Of a stretch of 64,000 nucleotides of DNA, positions 52,001 to 64,000 are shown piece after piece; within the stretch, counting starts at the first letter, position 1; every line of letters starts with the position of its first letter. The position numbers were made by a program, and so were the translations under genes. The stretch is from Chlorokybus atmophyticus (lineage: Eukaryota; Plantae; Mesostigma and Chlorokybus algae), in contig RHPI01003729.1 of assembly GCA_009103225.1 (NCBI GenBank), forward strand, positions 1 through 64,000, read 5' to 3'. Below the pieces are notes generated by a model. The model saw only the letters and a list, made by a program, of their open reading frames with translations. It did not search any database and was not told where the DNA came from.

Positions 52001-53003
52001 CAGGATAGCTAAGTCCGCCTATGCTTGGGATGGTCCGCTTCAAGTACAAGCGCATGCAGAGCTAACATGAACTACTGTTATCAGAGCAGGCGCTCTGCAG
52101 TGCACTTAATGTGGATGCTTTCAACCAAGGTCTAACTTTGGAAACATAAGCAGGAGGTTAGTCTACGTCACACGCGTTGTTTAGAATTTCAAACACCTGT
52201 TCAAACAGCGCCTTGGGGAGGAAGGTTAGGATAGTGTACTTGGTGGTTCGTATGCGGTTGTCAATGAACTGCTTTGGTTGTTTCCCAGCTTGTTGCTGGA
52301 ACTGGAGGGGTATGTCGCGCAATGGTGCTTCACTCCTGCGCTCATAACTCCTTTTGGGCCGCAACCTCAACTTCCTGTTGTTAAGACCAACAGCATTAGG
52401 GCAGCGTTACGGACTCACTGCTTGCATTGCGACAAAGCTAGAGTGACAATCGCCGTACATGCAGCAACACATTCGCAACAAGCCCTATTGGCATTACACT
52501 CTGAACTGGCCGCGTTCATGACCTGCCAACCTCTAGCCGATGCTGCTGTGATAGGCTGTTGTCACCTACTGGCTAAACATTAGAATGGAGAGTAGCATTA
52601 GCCAAGCACTGTGCCACACAATGGCATCCATGGCCGAGCATGCAACAAGCGACATGCCTCGCTCAGAATGCTGCATTGGGTTGTGAGACACATGTAAGAA
52701 CAAGTGCGCGCTCAACGCTCGTTGGATCAAGCGTAATTTTGCTAGCTTGCTAGCTTCAACTGTGTGCAAGGTTGGGACCTAATGGTATACCCCAATATGT
52801 CCCAGCCAAACCTGGTCGAAACAGCCGCAGTACAAGCTAGCTGAATCAAGAGCAGGCAGCTAATGCGCAAACTATACTTGGCGATCAGCTAAACAACGAC
52901 GTTGCAGACCAGGGAATCAAAGCAAACCCAGCTGCAACCCAGCCACGCACCCTCCCTGGGTCAGCCCGCCCAGCCATCCGCGCTTGTTATCTCCCTCCGT
53001 CAT
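46076..53003 (-). CDS. P4-ATPase phospholipid flippase (ALA family), copy A, about 26 exons
   Basis: [21 protein letters not shown]-like [81 protein letters not shown]. No internal stops seen in the exons read. Confidence 0.95.
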
Positions 53004-55827
53004 GACGCCGGACCGGCCACTACTCTGCGGTGGTCACTACCGCTACCGCCGCCGCCGCCGCCGCCGTCGGCGGCGCCGTCTCCGCCGGCCCCCTCGTCGA
53101 CAACGTCACTGAGCAGCTGTGCGAGAGAGCTTTTGAATGCCACACGCATGGGCTTGGCCAAAACGCTGAAATTGCCACCCAGCGGTCGACAACCGGTACT
53201 TACACCTCCCTTCCGGTCACGCCTGCCGGCAGCGCCTCGCTGGATTCTGTACCCTTACGACCGGTGTAGATTCCTATGTCCGGTGCGACAGCGTACCGGT
53301 ACGTTGTAGGTTGTTTCGCATGAGCCGTGCAAATGCTGCATTCAAAAGCGTTCTACAAACTGTAGTGGTACGACGCACTGGAAGCAGTCATCATGTCTTT
53401 AAGTAGCGACCAGCCAATGAACGGCATGGCTGTTAACGCGACGCATTGACAGCAGGACGTATTCCCCGGTGGAACGTATCCGTACCGGCGTGGTGAGCAA
53501 AAGCTCGTTCCTTGCTCAGACCTTGATCAGCGTTTTCTGTGGAGGGAATCATTCCTTTCAAGGAATCCCCGGCCCGCCAGTGGCGGGCCGCCACGTGCAG
53601 TCTCTTGCGTTCTGCCTCTGCCTCTGCCGCTGAACATGACAAGGGCAAAGCCAGCCATCACGGCAAGAGCATTGCGACTGTTAGGAAAGCCTTGGCCAAT
53701 GGCGAGTTGCCATGCATGAGCTATTCAATGACGCTTATGCATAAGCGCACTCAACACAGAACAAAGAAGCAAGCAATGAAACAGGCAATCAAGCGCTTGG
53801 GTTACTCACAAGCACACTTACACATGCACGGCATGAGAGATGAAATACACGGTTTACAGAGTCTACAACCACACACAGCCTCATCGCGCATGCCCAAGAC
53901 AGGTGCACTCAGTTGGTATGACTCTAACCGTCATGATGTGACTTATATGAATATGACTTATATGATTACATTAACTATTAGAATACAATGTATCAACTTG
54001 AAATGTTGGTTACATTTAGTTAGCAACGTTGCACACCACATTCGCTTTGTTGGCATTAAAGCATATAATTTTTTTAATAGCAAGCGGCACTGCGTCGATC
54101 AACCCCTATTGGTTGCAAGATATGCTGGTAACATTTCAAGGCAAGGCTGCTGCACGTATTGTACGATTATTGGTTACTTGTAGTCAAACATTTATACTTA
54201 ACGCAAAATGCAATGCATGCGGGCATTTATTGGTGCAAGTGGTGCATTGGTCACATGGCATCATCAGCTACATTGGCAGCAATAGCAACTTTTGTGTAAT
54301 TATTGCGTTGTTATGAGTAATGTAACTTATATCCTTTTAGGATACCAATGTGTATAGGCTTGGCTTCAATGCATTTGCACGATAATGTTTGTTGACATGT
54401 TGTAGGAAATACATGTCCGCTAATACTTAAAGCACATAAAGACGTTTTGTGTGGCGTGAAAACCTTATATATCTTACTCGCTTTTGCTAATTGAAGTCAA
54501 CAATGGAGCGCATCCGATTCTGATGAAAGGCAAAAGTGAAGATTGGGGCATGAGAAATGATGCCGTTCAAAAGTTATCGATGTAAGTTACGAATTCAATG
54601 TTTTATGAGGCCACTACCATGCTTGTTTAATAGCCTCGAGTGTTTTCCCTCATTTCCCCCCACTCAAAGCTGCCTAAAAGAAAGAAAGAAATGCATGCTG
54701 CACAGGTAATCATACGTCCACCATAGTTGTAATTGGCAATTTGGCTTGATGCGTGTCACACTTGTTTTGATGTAGCACATGCGGTATTTGCTGCATTACA
54801 TGTCATGTACAGCATAGTGGTGTTTATTTAGCAACATATAATGTGCACAATTTATATCATAATACTGTATGTCATTGCATAATATATACACTCTGATATA
54901 ACTTACATCATACACTGTACCAGTAACTCTACTCGTAAAATGCGCAAGGTTGTGAGTGCTTCTTGTACCCTTTACACCCCACCACTTACATTGCAATGCC
55001 ATATGCGCGTATTCATGTAAGTTCATAAACCTTTACTCGTTGATAGCAATGTATAATGTAAGACGGATGTATGCTACCTCATACTCCATGCCAACATGTG
55101 CTTCAACTCGTGACTACCAGTATGATGCGATCGCGGCATTGCGGGCTCAGTGCATTTTGCACATTGATACAACAAATGGTGTTGTAACAATTGTAAAGAC
55201 CTCTCAATCAGGCTGCTATAGTAGTATATTAAGACTTACACAGCTCTCATATATATATCCATCGCAATCGCAGTCGCAAATCTGGGCAAACCGGCGGAGG
55301 TTCCCTTCGCAGGCTGCTTGTATCATACAATCGTCTGGGGGTTGCATAATTCATGCAGCGTGCATGGCGGAGGAGTCTCTAAGCTTAGCTCTGAGCTTTG
55401 TTTTGACCATGCCGCCGCGACACCAGCGAACTCCACGTGCTGGCTTTCGGATGGGCGGTCTATTGTGCCATCATTCCCCTGCAACGCATGCACCGGAAAC
55501 AGCTGCATCGTACGTCACCAGCCTGACACACTAGTCCGGAACCGCTCCACTGACACCGGACACAGAATCTTGTACCGGTCACGAAGGTACCCTCCCTGGC
55601 AGCTTCTGTAGTGCACTTTGACCGAGAGTATGCGCAATGCACAGGTTATCAACCATTTCAAGTCCGGTTCATCATTAGGCCGGAACCAATGTGCGTGCCT
55701 GTGAAAGCTCTCAGTGGCGCTGCTGAGGTGGGCGCAGAGGTGGGCGCAGGGCTGAAGGGCGGCGACGGCGGCGGCGGTGGCGCCGCCGTCGTGGTAGTTG
55801 TTGTGGAAAAGGGGTAAGAGCTGCGCC

Positions 55828-58800
55828 ATGGCTGTACTGGAGGGGGAATCCAGGCGCAGCTGGCGGGGATGGCTGACCGGAGGGTGCGTTGGCTGGGCTG
55901 GAGCTTGACTTGCATTGCACTTTCGTTGCTGTTCGGGTTGTCAGCTAGGGTTTGCGCCTAAGCTGCCGCTCAGCTGGGCATTGGGTAGCAAGCTGTGCAC
56001 AGCTGAGTAGCTTGCCCTTGGGTGTTTGAGGTTTTACACGCAAACGGTCCTGAACAACTTGTTGGAAACGTAGCCATGTAAAGTTGCAAATGTGCTATGC
56101 ATGTGCGGTTGTGACTGTCAGCTTTGTAAGCTATCAACATCAACAATGCTGAGTTCACTGCTGGCATATTACACTAGGAAACTTAGAGTGCGACCCAGAA
56201 AGAGCTATGAGCGTAGGAGTGAAGCACCATTGCGTGATATCACCCTCCAGTTTCAGCAACAAGCGGTTGGGAAAGGACGGAAGCAGTTTGTTGGCAACCG
56301 CATTCGAACCACGAAATACACACTAATAACTTACTGTCCCAAGGCGCTGTTTGAGCAGGTAATGCTCGTGACTAGGAGCAACGCATCTGACCTTGACCTG
56401 CTTCCTGCTTGTCTTGCGTTTCGCTGTATCAACTTGACGTTGTTGAAAGACATGTTTTGCAAAGACCATAATGCTCGTACCTACCGTGACTAGTATCCAA
56501 TGCTCGTGATCTGCTTGTACTTGTCAGAGGGCGTCTTGTTGAACATTGACGTACCTTGCGGGTGCTGGCTGGGTTTGTAACGCTACCTTGCTGCTAACAG
56601 CTGTGTTGTTCCTGTTCCGTATGTTCACAGTACCGCCGTGTGGCCAACTGGTACTTTACCCTCACGGCCGCATTGTCGCTGGGTCCATTCAGCCCCTTTT
56701 CCTGGTGGACAACATGGACGCCACTCGTGTTTGTCATAGGCGTGTCCATGGTGAAGGAGGTGGGTTCTGTTTGCATGCAAGGAGAATCGTTATAGAACTT
56801 GCATGCACACGGATGCACATAGGCAGAACCTTGCTGCTGTGCCAAAAGCTGCTTCTGCTCTTGCCAGGGTTATGAAGACTTCAGACGAAGCCGACTTGAC
56901 AAAGCTGTCAACCATCGCAAAGTGGATGTTCTTGTTTCGCAAGGCGTTTGGGAGCGAAGGTATGACAATGCATGCCTGCACGATATTGCAAGCAGTAGCT
57001 TGCAAACATGATAAGTAAACTTGGTAAGCCAACGCTCTGTTTCTAAGAATAAAGTTCTGAGATAAGGCACGAAGTTTAGTCTGCCTGTCGCTCAGCACCT
57101 AGCACAAAACCATGGCTGAGAGTGTCTAGCGTCACGTTCTAATTGCAGCAATGCACCGTCTCCAAGACTGGAATAGTCAAGTCCTGACTGCACATAGGGC
57201 ATGGAAGGATGTGCGAGTGGGTGATGTAGTCCGTGTGCTGGACGGCAACGAGTTCCCTGCGGACCTTTTGGTTTTGAGCTCTGGCCATGTGGACGGGACT
57301 TGCTGGGTGCAAACCGCCAATCTGGATGGTGAGTTCTACAGGTACCCAACCGCTACCTATGGCAAGGACCTGTGTTGTAGAAACAGTTGGATTGTTACAG
57401 GTGAGACCAACCTCAAAAGCAAGCGCGCCTTGGAGGAAACGCTCTCTGTAGTAGCACTTGATGCCTCTGCACGGGATGCTTCTCAATTTAATGCCAAAGT
57501 AGTAAGACTTCAGGCTGAGGGTCCCAACCCTTCCCTCTACACGTTCGATGGCGTGCTTTCCACTGTTGGAGTTGATCTGCCAGTTGGTCCAGAACAGGTA
57601 ACAGTTTGTTGTAGAGTTAGATTTGCGAAGGCGAGTGTCTCTGCGTGCTGCAAGCGTATATGACAGGATACAGACACTCCATTGAAGTTATTACTTGTGC
57701 CTAGGTCTTATTGCGTGGCAGCACGCTGCGCAACACGTCGTACGTCGTTGGAGGAGTAGTGTACACTGGCCATGATACCAAGATCATGCGCAACCAGGTC
57801 GCTGCCCCTTCTAAGCGAAGCCACCTGGACAAGTATAGTACAGTTACACATTGCATGCTGATGCTCATGGCCATGCTACTGAAGTTGTCATCTCATTGCT
57901 TATGTATGCTATTTGCATTGCAGGGCTGCCGATGGAATCGTGTGGGTTATGTTCGCAATCATGCTTGCTTTGTCACTCCTCACGGCCATACTGCTGGCTG
58001 TCAGGAATACTGATTGGGGCCCAAAGATGTGGTACCTTCAGGTCAGCGGTTTCCTGCTCTTTACTTGCTATTCTACTCATCACTTCCTATATGCAAAATG
58101 ACTCACCCTAAGTCTGCAGCCGTTCAGAGATGATAGCGATTTCGATCCGCGTAAGGAGGCGCGCACAGGGGTGTACAGCTTCCTCACATCCATAACATTG
58201 TACAGTAAGTCACAGCGAAGTCAGCGTTAGGGCGCAGGCGCTGATTGCAGTCGAGTAGTGTCCGTTGGCACAGTGCAAATCAGCTCTGGCCCCAGCTTGG
58301 GCTAGCACAATTTACAAAGGCGTATGATATGGTGTAAGGCGTTCAGACTCACTGAGCTCACTCTTGCAGGCTACCTCATTCCAATATCCTTGTACGTGTC
58401 GCTGGAGATAGTTCGCGTATTCCAAAGCAACTGGTTTATTGACTACGACCGTTACATGTATGATGAGAGCACGCAATCTTATGCGAAGTCTCGCACTTCC
58501 AACTTGAACGAAGAGCTTGGCATGGTACGAACTCTGCACGGCAGTTACAGTTGGAAGGCAGCGCAATTTACCAACCATCTGTGGGCACCACTAATGTCAG
58601 GTGCAGACAGTGCTATCAGACAAGACAGGGACCCTTACAGAAAATCGTATGGAGTTCTTCAAGTGTGCCATTGCTGGAGTGAGCTATGGTCAAGGGCTGA
58701 CTGAGGTTGGTGCCACACGCATGATTAGCGCCATCAATTTCTGTTACGCTGCTGTTGTGCGCTAAGCATTCGCCATCACATTGTCCAGGTGGAGCGCTCG

Positions 58801-61800
58801 ATTGCATCCAAAGAGGGGCGCCTGTCAGCTTTGTCAATTGCATCAACGTCTGCAACACCCCTGGAGGAGGGTTACAATCTGCGGGATGAATGGCTTGAGG
58901 ACGGCAAGTGGCTATCACGCGCAGACGCCAACACCATCAAACACTTTTTTACCGTGCTGGCACTCTGTCACACCGCAGTTCCCAAGCAAGACACAGGTCC
59001 GTTGGAGATGCACCTTCATATCAGTAGGGCAGTAGCGCATATCAGACAGCAGCATTGACTCAATGTGCAACTGGTTATCAGGTGATGACCCGCAATATGA
59101 GGCAGAGTCCCCAGATGAAGCTGCTTTTGTAGTGGCGGCGCGTCGAGCAGGCGGCCTGGTGTTTGTGCGGCGCGGGCAAAAGAGTCTCACCCTCCGTGAC
59201 AGATACAGCACCAGTAAAGGAAACAAAGAGGTCACCTACGAGCTGCTGGCCACTTTGCAGTTCTCTTCAGTTCGGTAGGCCTTCACAACTCAGGAACTTG
59301 TATACTCATATAATTGCTGCACTGCTGCTCGGGAGGGGGGCGCTTGAGGGTGCTTGAGCGCACATTAACATGGTCTTATACTCGTTCTTGAACTTGATCC
59401 TGCAATTGTTTGCAGCAAGCGTATGTCTGTGCTAGTGCGCGACCCTGCGGGCAAGATCTTTTTGATGACTAAGGGCGCTGATTCTGTGATATATGAGCGC
59501 CTAGCTCTGGGCGGGGATATCAGCATTCTTAAAGCGACGCAGGAGCATTGTGCTCAGGTATGGAGTACACCAGAGCTCACCAATACGTTGTGTGTTGAAG
59601 TGACAGAGCAGGGATTCAACAATCTGTGCAGTATGCGACTGCAGGCCTGAGGACGCTAGTGATTGGCTACAGAGAGGTGTCCGAGAGTGAGTATGCTAGC
59701 TGGCAGGTACACAATCTCAGGGCACAGAATGGACATGAGCCTGCCTGATTTTGAGGATTCATCCAACTGACACCAACTATTCACAGGTGACATACAAGGC
59801 GGCGGCTACCGCATTGAGCAACCGCAAAGCCTTACTCGAGGATGCTGCGGAGCTGATTGAGAAGGACCTAATTCTGCTGGGTGCCACTGCTATAGAAGAC
59901 AAGCTTCAAGTAAGCACATTACAGCAGTCAATAATCTCCAAGCGTTGATTGGATATGTTTCCTTGTAGGCGGGAGTACCGCACATGATAGAGCTTCTTCA
60001 CCAAGCTAACATTGCTGTCTGGGTGCTCACCGGCGACAAGTTAGAGACCGCTGTCAATATAGGGTGAGCAACTCAGGCTGATTCTATGCTTGTTAGAACC
60101 CAGCATGCACAAGGTGTGCTAGGCTAGCATTGCATGTCGTTTACAGTGAGTGTGCGCATGCGACACCTTCTGCCACTTTGGGTCATGCACAACTTCACGC
60201 ATGGTAGCTTGCGTCCAATTCAGGAATGTTGTCCTGGCGTTTTACACGGCCATTATGCTTGAGCCAACCGACATAATGAAGAGAGCTGTTAACGATGTCT
60301 GTCGGCATCATGCAGCATGGTCCTAGTTGTATACCACGAACCACTCTTGTGGTGAAAGCGCATTTGAGATACCGTGTGCTGGGTAGAAGCTAGGTTGTGC
60401 ATCACTCAGTTCAGAAGGTGTCGCGTGTGCGCACTCCTTGCAAGTCATTGTGCAAACGCTATTGACGCATGGTTGTATCCTTCCTCAGGTATGCCTGCAG
60501 TCTCTTGCGCGCAGACATGCGCAAGTTTATTCTGCAGAGCAAGGCTGTTGAGAATGCAGGAGACCAGGATGTCTCCATAAACGAGGCATCATCACGGCAG
60601 CTCCTTGAGGTTTTGAAGCATGCAGCTTGGTAGTGCTGGCATGTCCTTGCTGGTTGGCAGTTATGCAAACATTTGTTGCGTCGTTTTGGCAGGCTTATGT
60701 AAAAGCAGCGCTTCTGAATCAAGCCCAAGGCGTCCCTAACGCACTCGTCATTGACGGTCACGCCCTTGCTGATGCTTTACAGCCAGCGAACAGACCCTTT
60801 CTTACACAGCTGGCAGCTCTGTGCGACGCTGTTGTGGCATGCAGAGTCTCTCCCAAGCAGAAGGCACAGGTAAACAACCATGTGTATACTGGGACGTGAG
60901 ATAAAACGCAATGAGCTGAGATGCATGGCTCGAGTATGCTCAACATGTCGGACATAACCAGGTAACCATGCTCGTCCGCAAAGACCTCAAGCATGTGACA
61001 CTGGCTGTCGGTGACGGCGCCAACGATGTCGCAATGATACAGGCAAGCATTCCATCATGCAGCTCCGTTAAGTAGAGTTCCCAGGAAACGCCATGCATCA
61101 ATGCTGAGGTTGTGCTGTACATTTAGGCTGCAAACATAGGCGTTGGGATATCTGGACTTGAAGGTCGCCAAGCTGTCATGGCAGCAGACTTTGCAATCGG
61201 CCAATTCAGGTGTGACCACACACTCGCTGGCCATCAACAGAGTAAACTGGCATGCACTTGCTGAGCACTGATTGTGTGGCACCGCAGGTTTCTGGAGCGG
61301 TTGCTGCTCTGGCATGGGCGCTCAAACTACAGGCGGCTATCGCGCTTCATCCTCTACTTCTTCTACAAGAATGTCACCTTTGGCATGACCTTGTTTTGGC
61401 ACAACATCAACACCTTCTTCTCTGGCGGCGTAATCTATGTACAGTGGTGAGCTGACTGTTAACAGCCTTTGCTGACCAATTCAGAATGTGCAAACTTGTG
61501 AAATGGCTTGTGGCTGCCTGTGTGTCTTGTGCAAAATAACACTGCTGCTTGCATATCCAGTTAACAAATCTTAATGTCTACTCTGCATGCGATGCCGGAC
61601 AAGCCTACGAGCTGTAATCTTCGATGTGTAACGGTGGCTTTCTACTCACAGGTACCTCTCAACCTACAACTTGATCTGGACGGCTTTGCCCATCTGTGTG
61701 GTAGCAGTGTTGGATCAAGATGTAGACTGGCCAACAACCAGGTGCTTCCCTGAGCTATACATTGAAGGGCAGCGCAACGAGTATTTCACGTTCAAGGAAA

Positions 61801-62782
61801 AAGCATGGTGGCTCATCAACGGGTTGTGGCAGGTGCTTGTGTTGGCATCTGAGCTGCTGGACTGAATGCATGCTGCCGCATGCATTGAATGCAATGAACT
61901 CATGCTTGATTGTTTCTTGCAGTCTGCGGTGCTGTATTACAGTGTGGTGTTCCTCTTTGGGCACATTACGACTCTTCACTCCGGGCTGGCTCTGGTAAAC
62001 AGCCCGCACACTTCGTGCACGTACCATGAGGTTCACATGCGTGCGTGTACAACAGTGTTGTCTCACAGGGTGCGGATGCAGCGGGCACGGCGTTGTACAC
62101 TGCCGCGCTCGTGGTAGTGACGGTGCAGCTGGCAACCATGGTCCAGTACTGGCCCTGGCCGCTTCACTTGGTACTATGGGGCAGCCTGGCGGTGTGGATC
62201 ATTGCCATCACAATTGCGCCCGCGCTATATGGCGGCATCTTCAGAACCGCCCTTGCCCCCACAGTAGCCTTCTGGCTGTTCTTGCTGCTGATGGTTCCTG
62301 CGCCAGCGGTTGTGGACTTCACCCTGCATGCAACACGGAGGTACATGGTTGATTCAGTCAGTGCAGCATTGCATCAGAGTGCGAGCGCAACTGCTGCTAT
62401 TACTTAGTAGACTGCATGAGCCCGACTGTACACTGTAAATCTGCGTCCCATCTGCAATTTGCAGTACACTTGTTGTCTGGTCTTGTGGGTGTGCATTGGT
62501 CGTGGACTCGTTAGCTATGATGGCAGGTATCTGAGACCAAAGCCTCATCACATAGCACAGGAGGTGATGAAGCTGCCCAAGGCGCAGTTCCAGCAACTGT
62601 GTCACGCACGCAAGGCAAGGATGTCATTCCCTGGCAACAGCAATTTTACCACAAATGGCGCTGCCGATGCTGATGATTGGGAAGGGACTGCGGCGCCGGA
62701 TGGACCGCTGGATGGAATTGAGCTGGTTGAAGCTAATGGCCAAACGCATTATCATCAGGGTGGTCACAACCATGCCGTATAG
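55828..62782 (+). CDS. P4-ATPase phospholipid flippase (ALA family), copy B, about 26 exons
   Basis: Same motif set as copy A (DGETNLK, PISL, DKTGT, TGDK, GDGAND) and the same intron positions. No internal stops seen in the exons read. Confidence 0.95.
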
Positions 62783-63177
62783 ATTTGTTTTGCTTGCTTG
62801 GGCTTGGGCTTGTGCGCAGTGTGTAGCTTAGGGTCAGGATTGAATAAAGCCCGGTGCAGCGTAGGGTCAGAATCGGGTTGGCTAGCTTTGTAATTAAGTT
62901 GAAGGTAATCTTGTCGTTGGCAAGTGGTTGAAACGTGGTCGATGCATTTCTTCCTTGAAGAGTGGGGTAGTTTTGATTGCTCTCTTGGACACCACTGTTG
63001 TACACGAATGCATACTATCACAAGCATGCCCAGTAAATGTACATAATGTGCTGCCTGCAGCGTCATAACAAGGATATGTGTACATGCTAACCCCAAGTCT
63101 CATTGGCTCTCCCACCACCAAATGCCAAACACACAAATGTTAACCTGCAATCACACTACACACACCGATGACCTGGC

Positions 63178-64000
63178 TCAACCACAGCATCTTTTCCTCT
63201 TGGACTGTTTGTGACTATTGCTATCCACTTGAATGCTTTCTGCGTCTGGAACAGTACTCAAGGTCAGTTCGTGAACAATGAGCTTAAGCACATGCAACCT
63301 GGCCATGGACGCAACAGCTGTGCAAGCAGCAATGGGCAAGCCCAAGTCCCGCAACACACCTGTAAGTGCGCGCCTTTGCTGCAGCGCATCGGCAGTGCGC
63401 AGCACAGCGCGTTCAAACAGTACCATTGCGACTCTCTCAAACAGCCATGTGACTGACTGTTCGTCTGCGTGAATCACACATGTTGAGCGGAGGTGAGCAC
63501 ATGTTGGTTTGAGTGTGAGTAGCAGTAGAGACAATCGACGCACCTTTTTTCGCGCTGACTTCAAAGTACTCTGCGTTCATCTGGGCTGCAAGAGCCTCTG
63601 CGTGCTCGCGTGATACGCCCTGGAACATATCGCCCTGGGAGGTTTATAAATACACAATGAGGTCACCAACGCACGCACCCACGCACGCACGCACACCCCA
63701 CGCATTCCACTGTCTCCAACTACAGGGTGTCACCACACTGCACGCACGTACACATCAACATGATACCTTGCAGCCGATCAGAAATACGCAAAACTCTCCC
63801 TTGGTGACTGCAGCCCTATTCTCCATCTCCACCTCCTGCACCCACTGTCCAACGCATGTTGGAACACCCACGCCTGCCCAGCATGGACGAAGACTACGCA
63901 AGACCACAAACACACGCACATACTTTGTGCACGTTGCGGAGGGATTCTATGCTCCCGAGGTCGAAGCAGGCGAGGCAGGCCCCGGCGCCCCTGTAGTACG
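63178..64000 (-). CDS. Rab-family small GTPase, 3' part; Rab34/Rab36-like
   Basis: Spliced YYRGAGACLACFDL..KWVQEV..FLIGCKGD (G4)..YFEVSAK (G5)..LFERVAMVLFERAVL..SIQVDSNSHKQSKRKRCCG* with a double-Cys prenylation site. The gene start lies beyond the window. Confidence 0.85.

Larger units (their letters stand above)
46076..62782. repeat. Inverted (head-to-head) gene duplication, arms approx. 46076-53300 and 55540-62782, with a ~2.2 kb unique spacer
   Basis: Exon-by-exon homology, shared intron positions and phases, and residual similarity in intron ends and in the upstream regions. Confidence 0.9.

Noticed and set aside
53571-53589. GC-rich hairpin GGCCCGCCA-G-TGGCGGGCC as a Helitron 3' end
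   Set aside because: No CTRR terminus at the expected distance on either strand.
53539-55534. ORFs 53539..54183 and 54956..55534 in the flippase spacer
   Set aside because: No recognisable motifs and atypical composition; likely chance ORFs.

Overview
Intron-rich eukaryotic genomic DNA (roughly 50% GC by eye). The gene content looks like a green alga or early-diverging streptophyte alga; the taxon is inferred, not proven. Bases 1-7000 are a transposon island: a Ty3/Gypsy pol ending in a PHD finger with PPT and probable 3' LTR, a degraded spliced ORF, IS630-Tc1-mariner-type ends, and a tiny TRIM-like element whose LTR carries a tRNA-like A/B-box promoter. From about 8 kb on, the window is gene-dense with mostly alternating orientation: CBM20 protein (-), RPL26 (+), tomosyn/Lgl (-), PP2A B55 (-), CCT7 (+), RING-pseudokinase-WD40 protein (-), GRWD1 (+), ACX4-like acyl-CoA oxidase (-), two head-to-head paralogous P4-ATPases (-/+), and the 3' part of a Rab34/36-like GTPase (-). 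There is one assembly gap (17032-17164). I found no rRNA, CRISPR array or convincing functional tRNA. Exon boundaries were read by hand. Family assignments come from motif recognition, not database searches.
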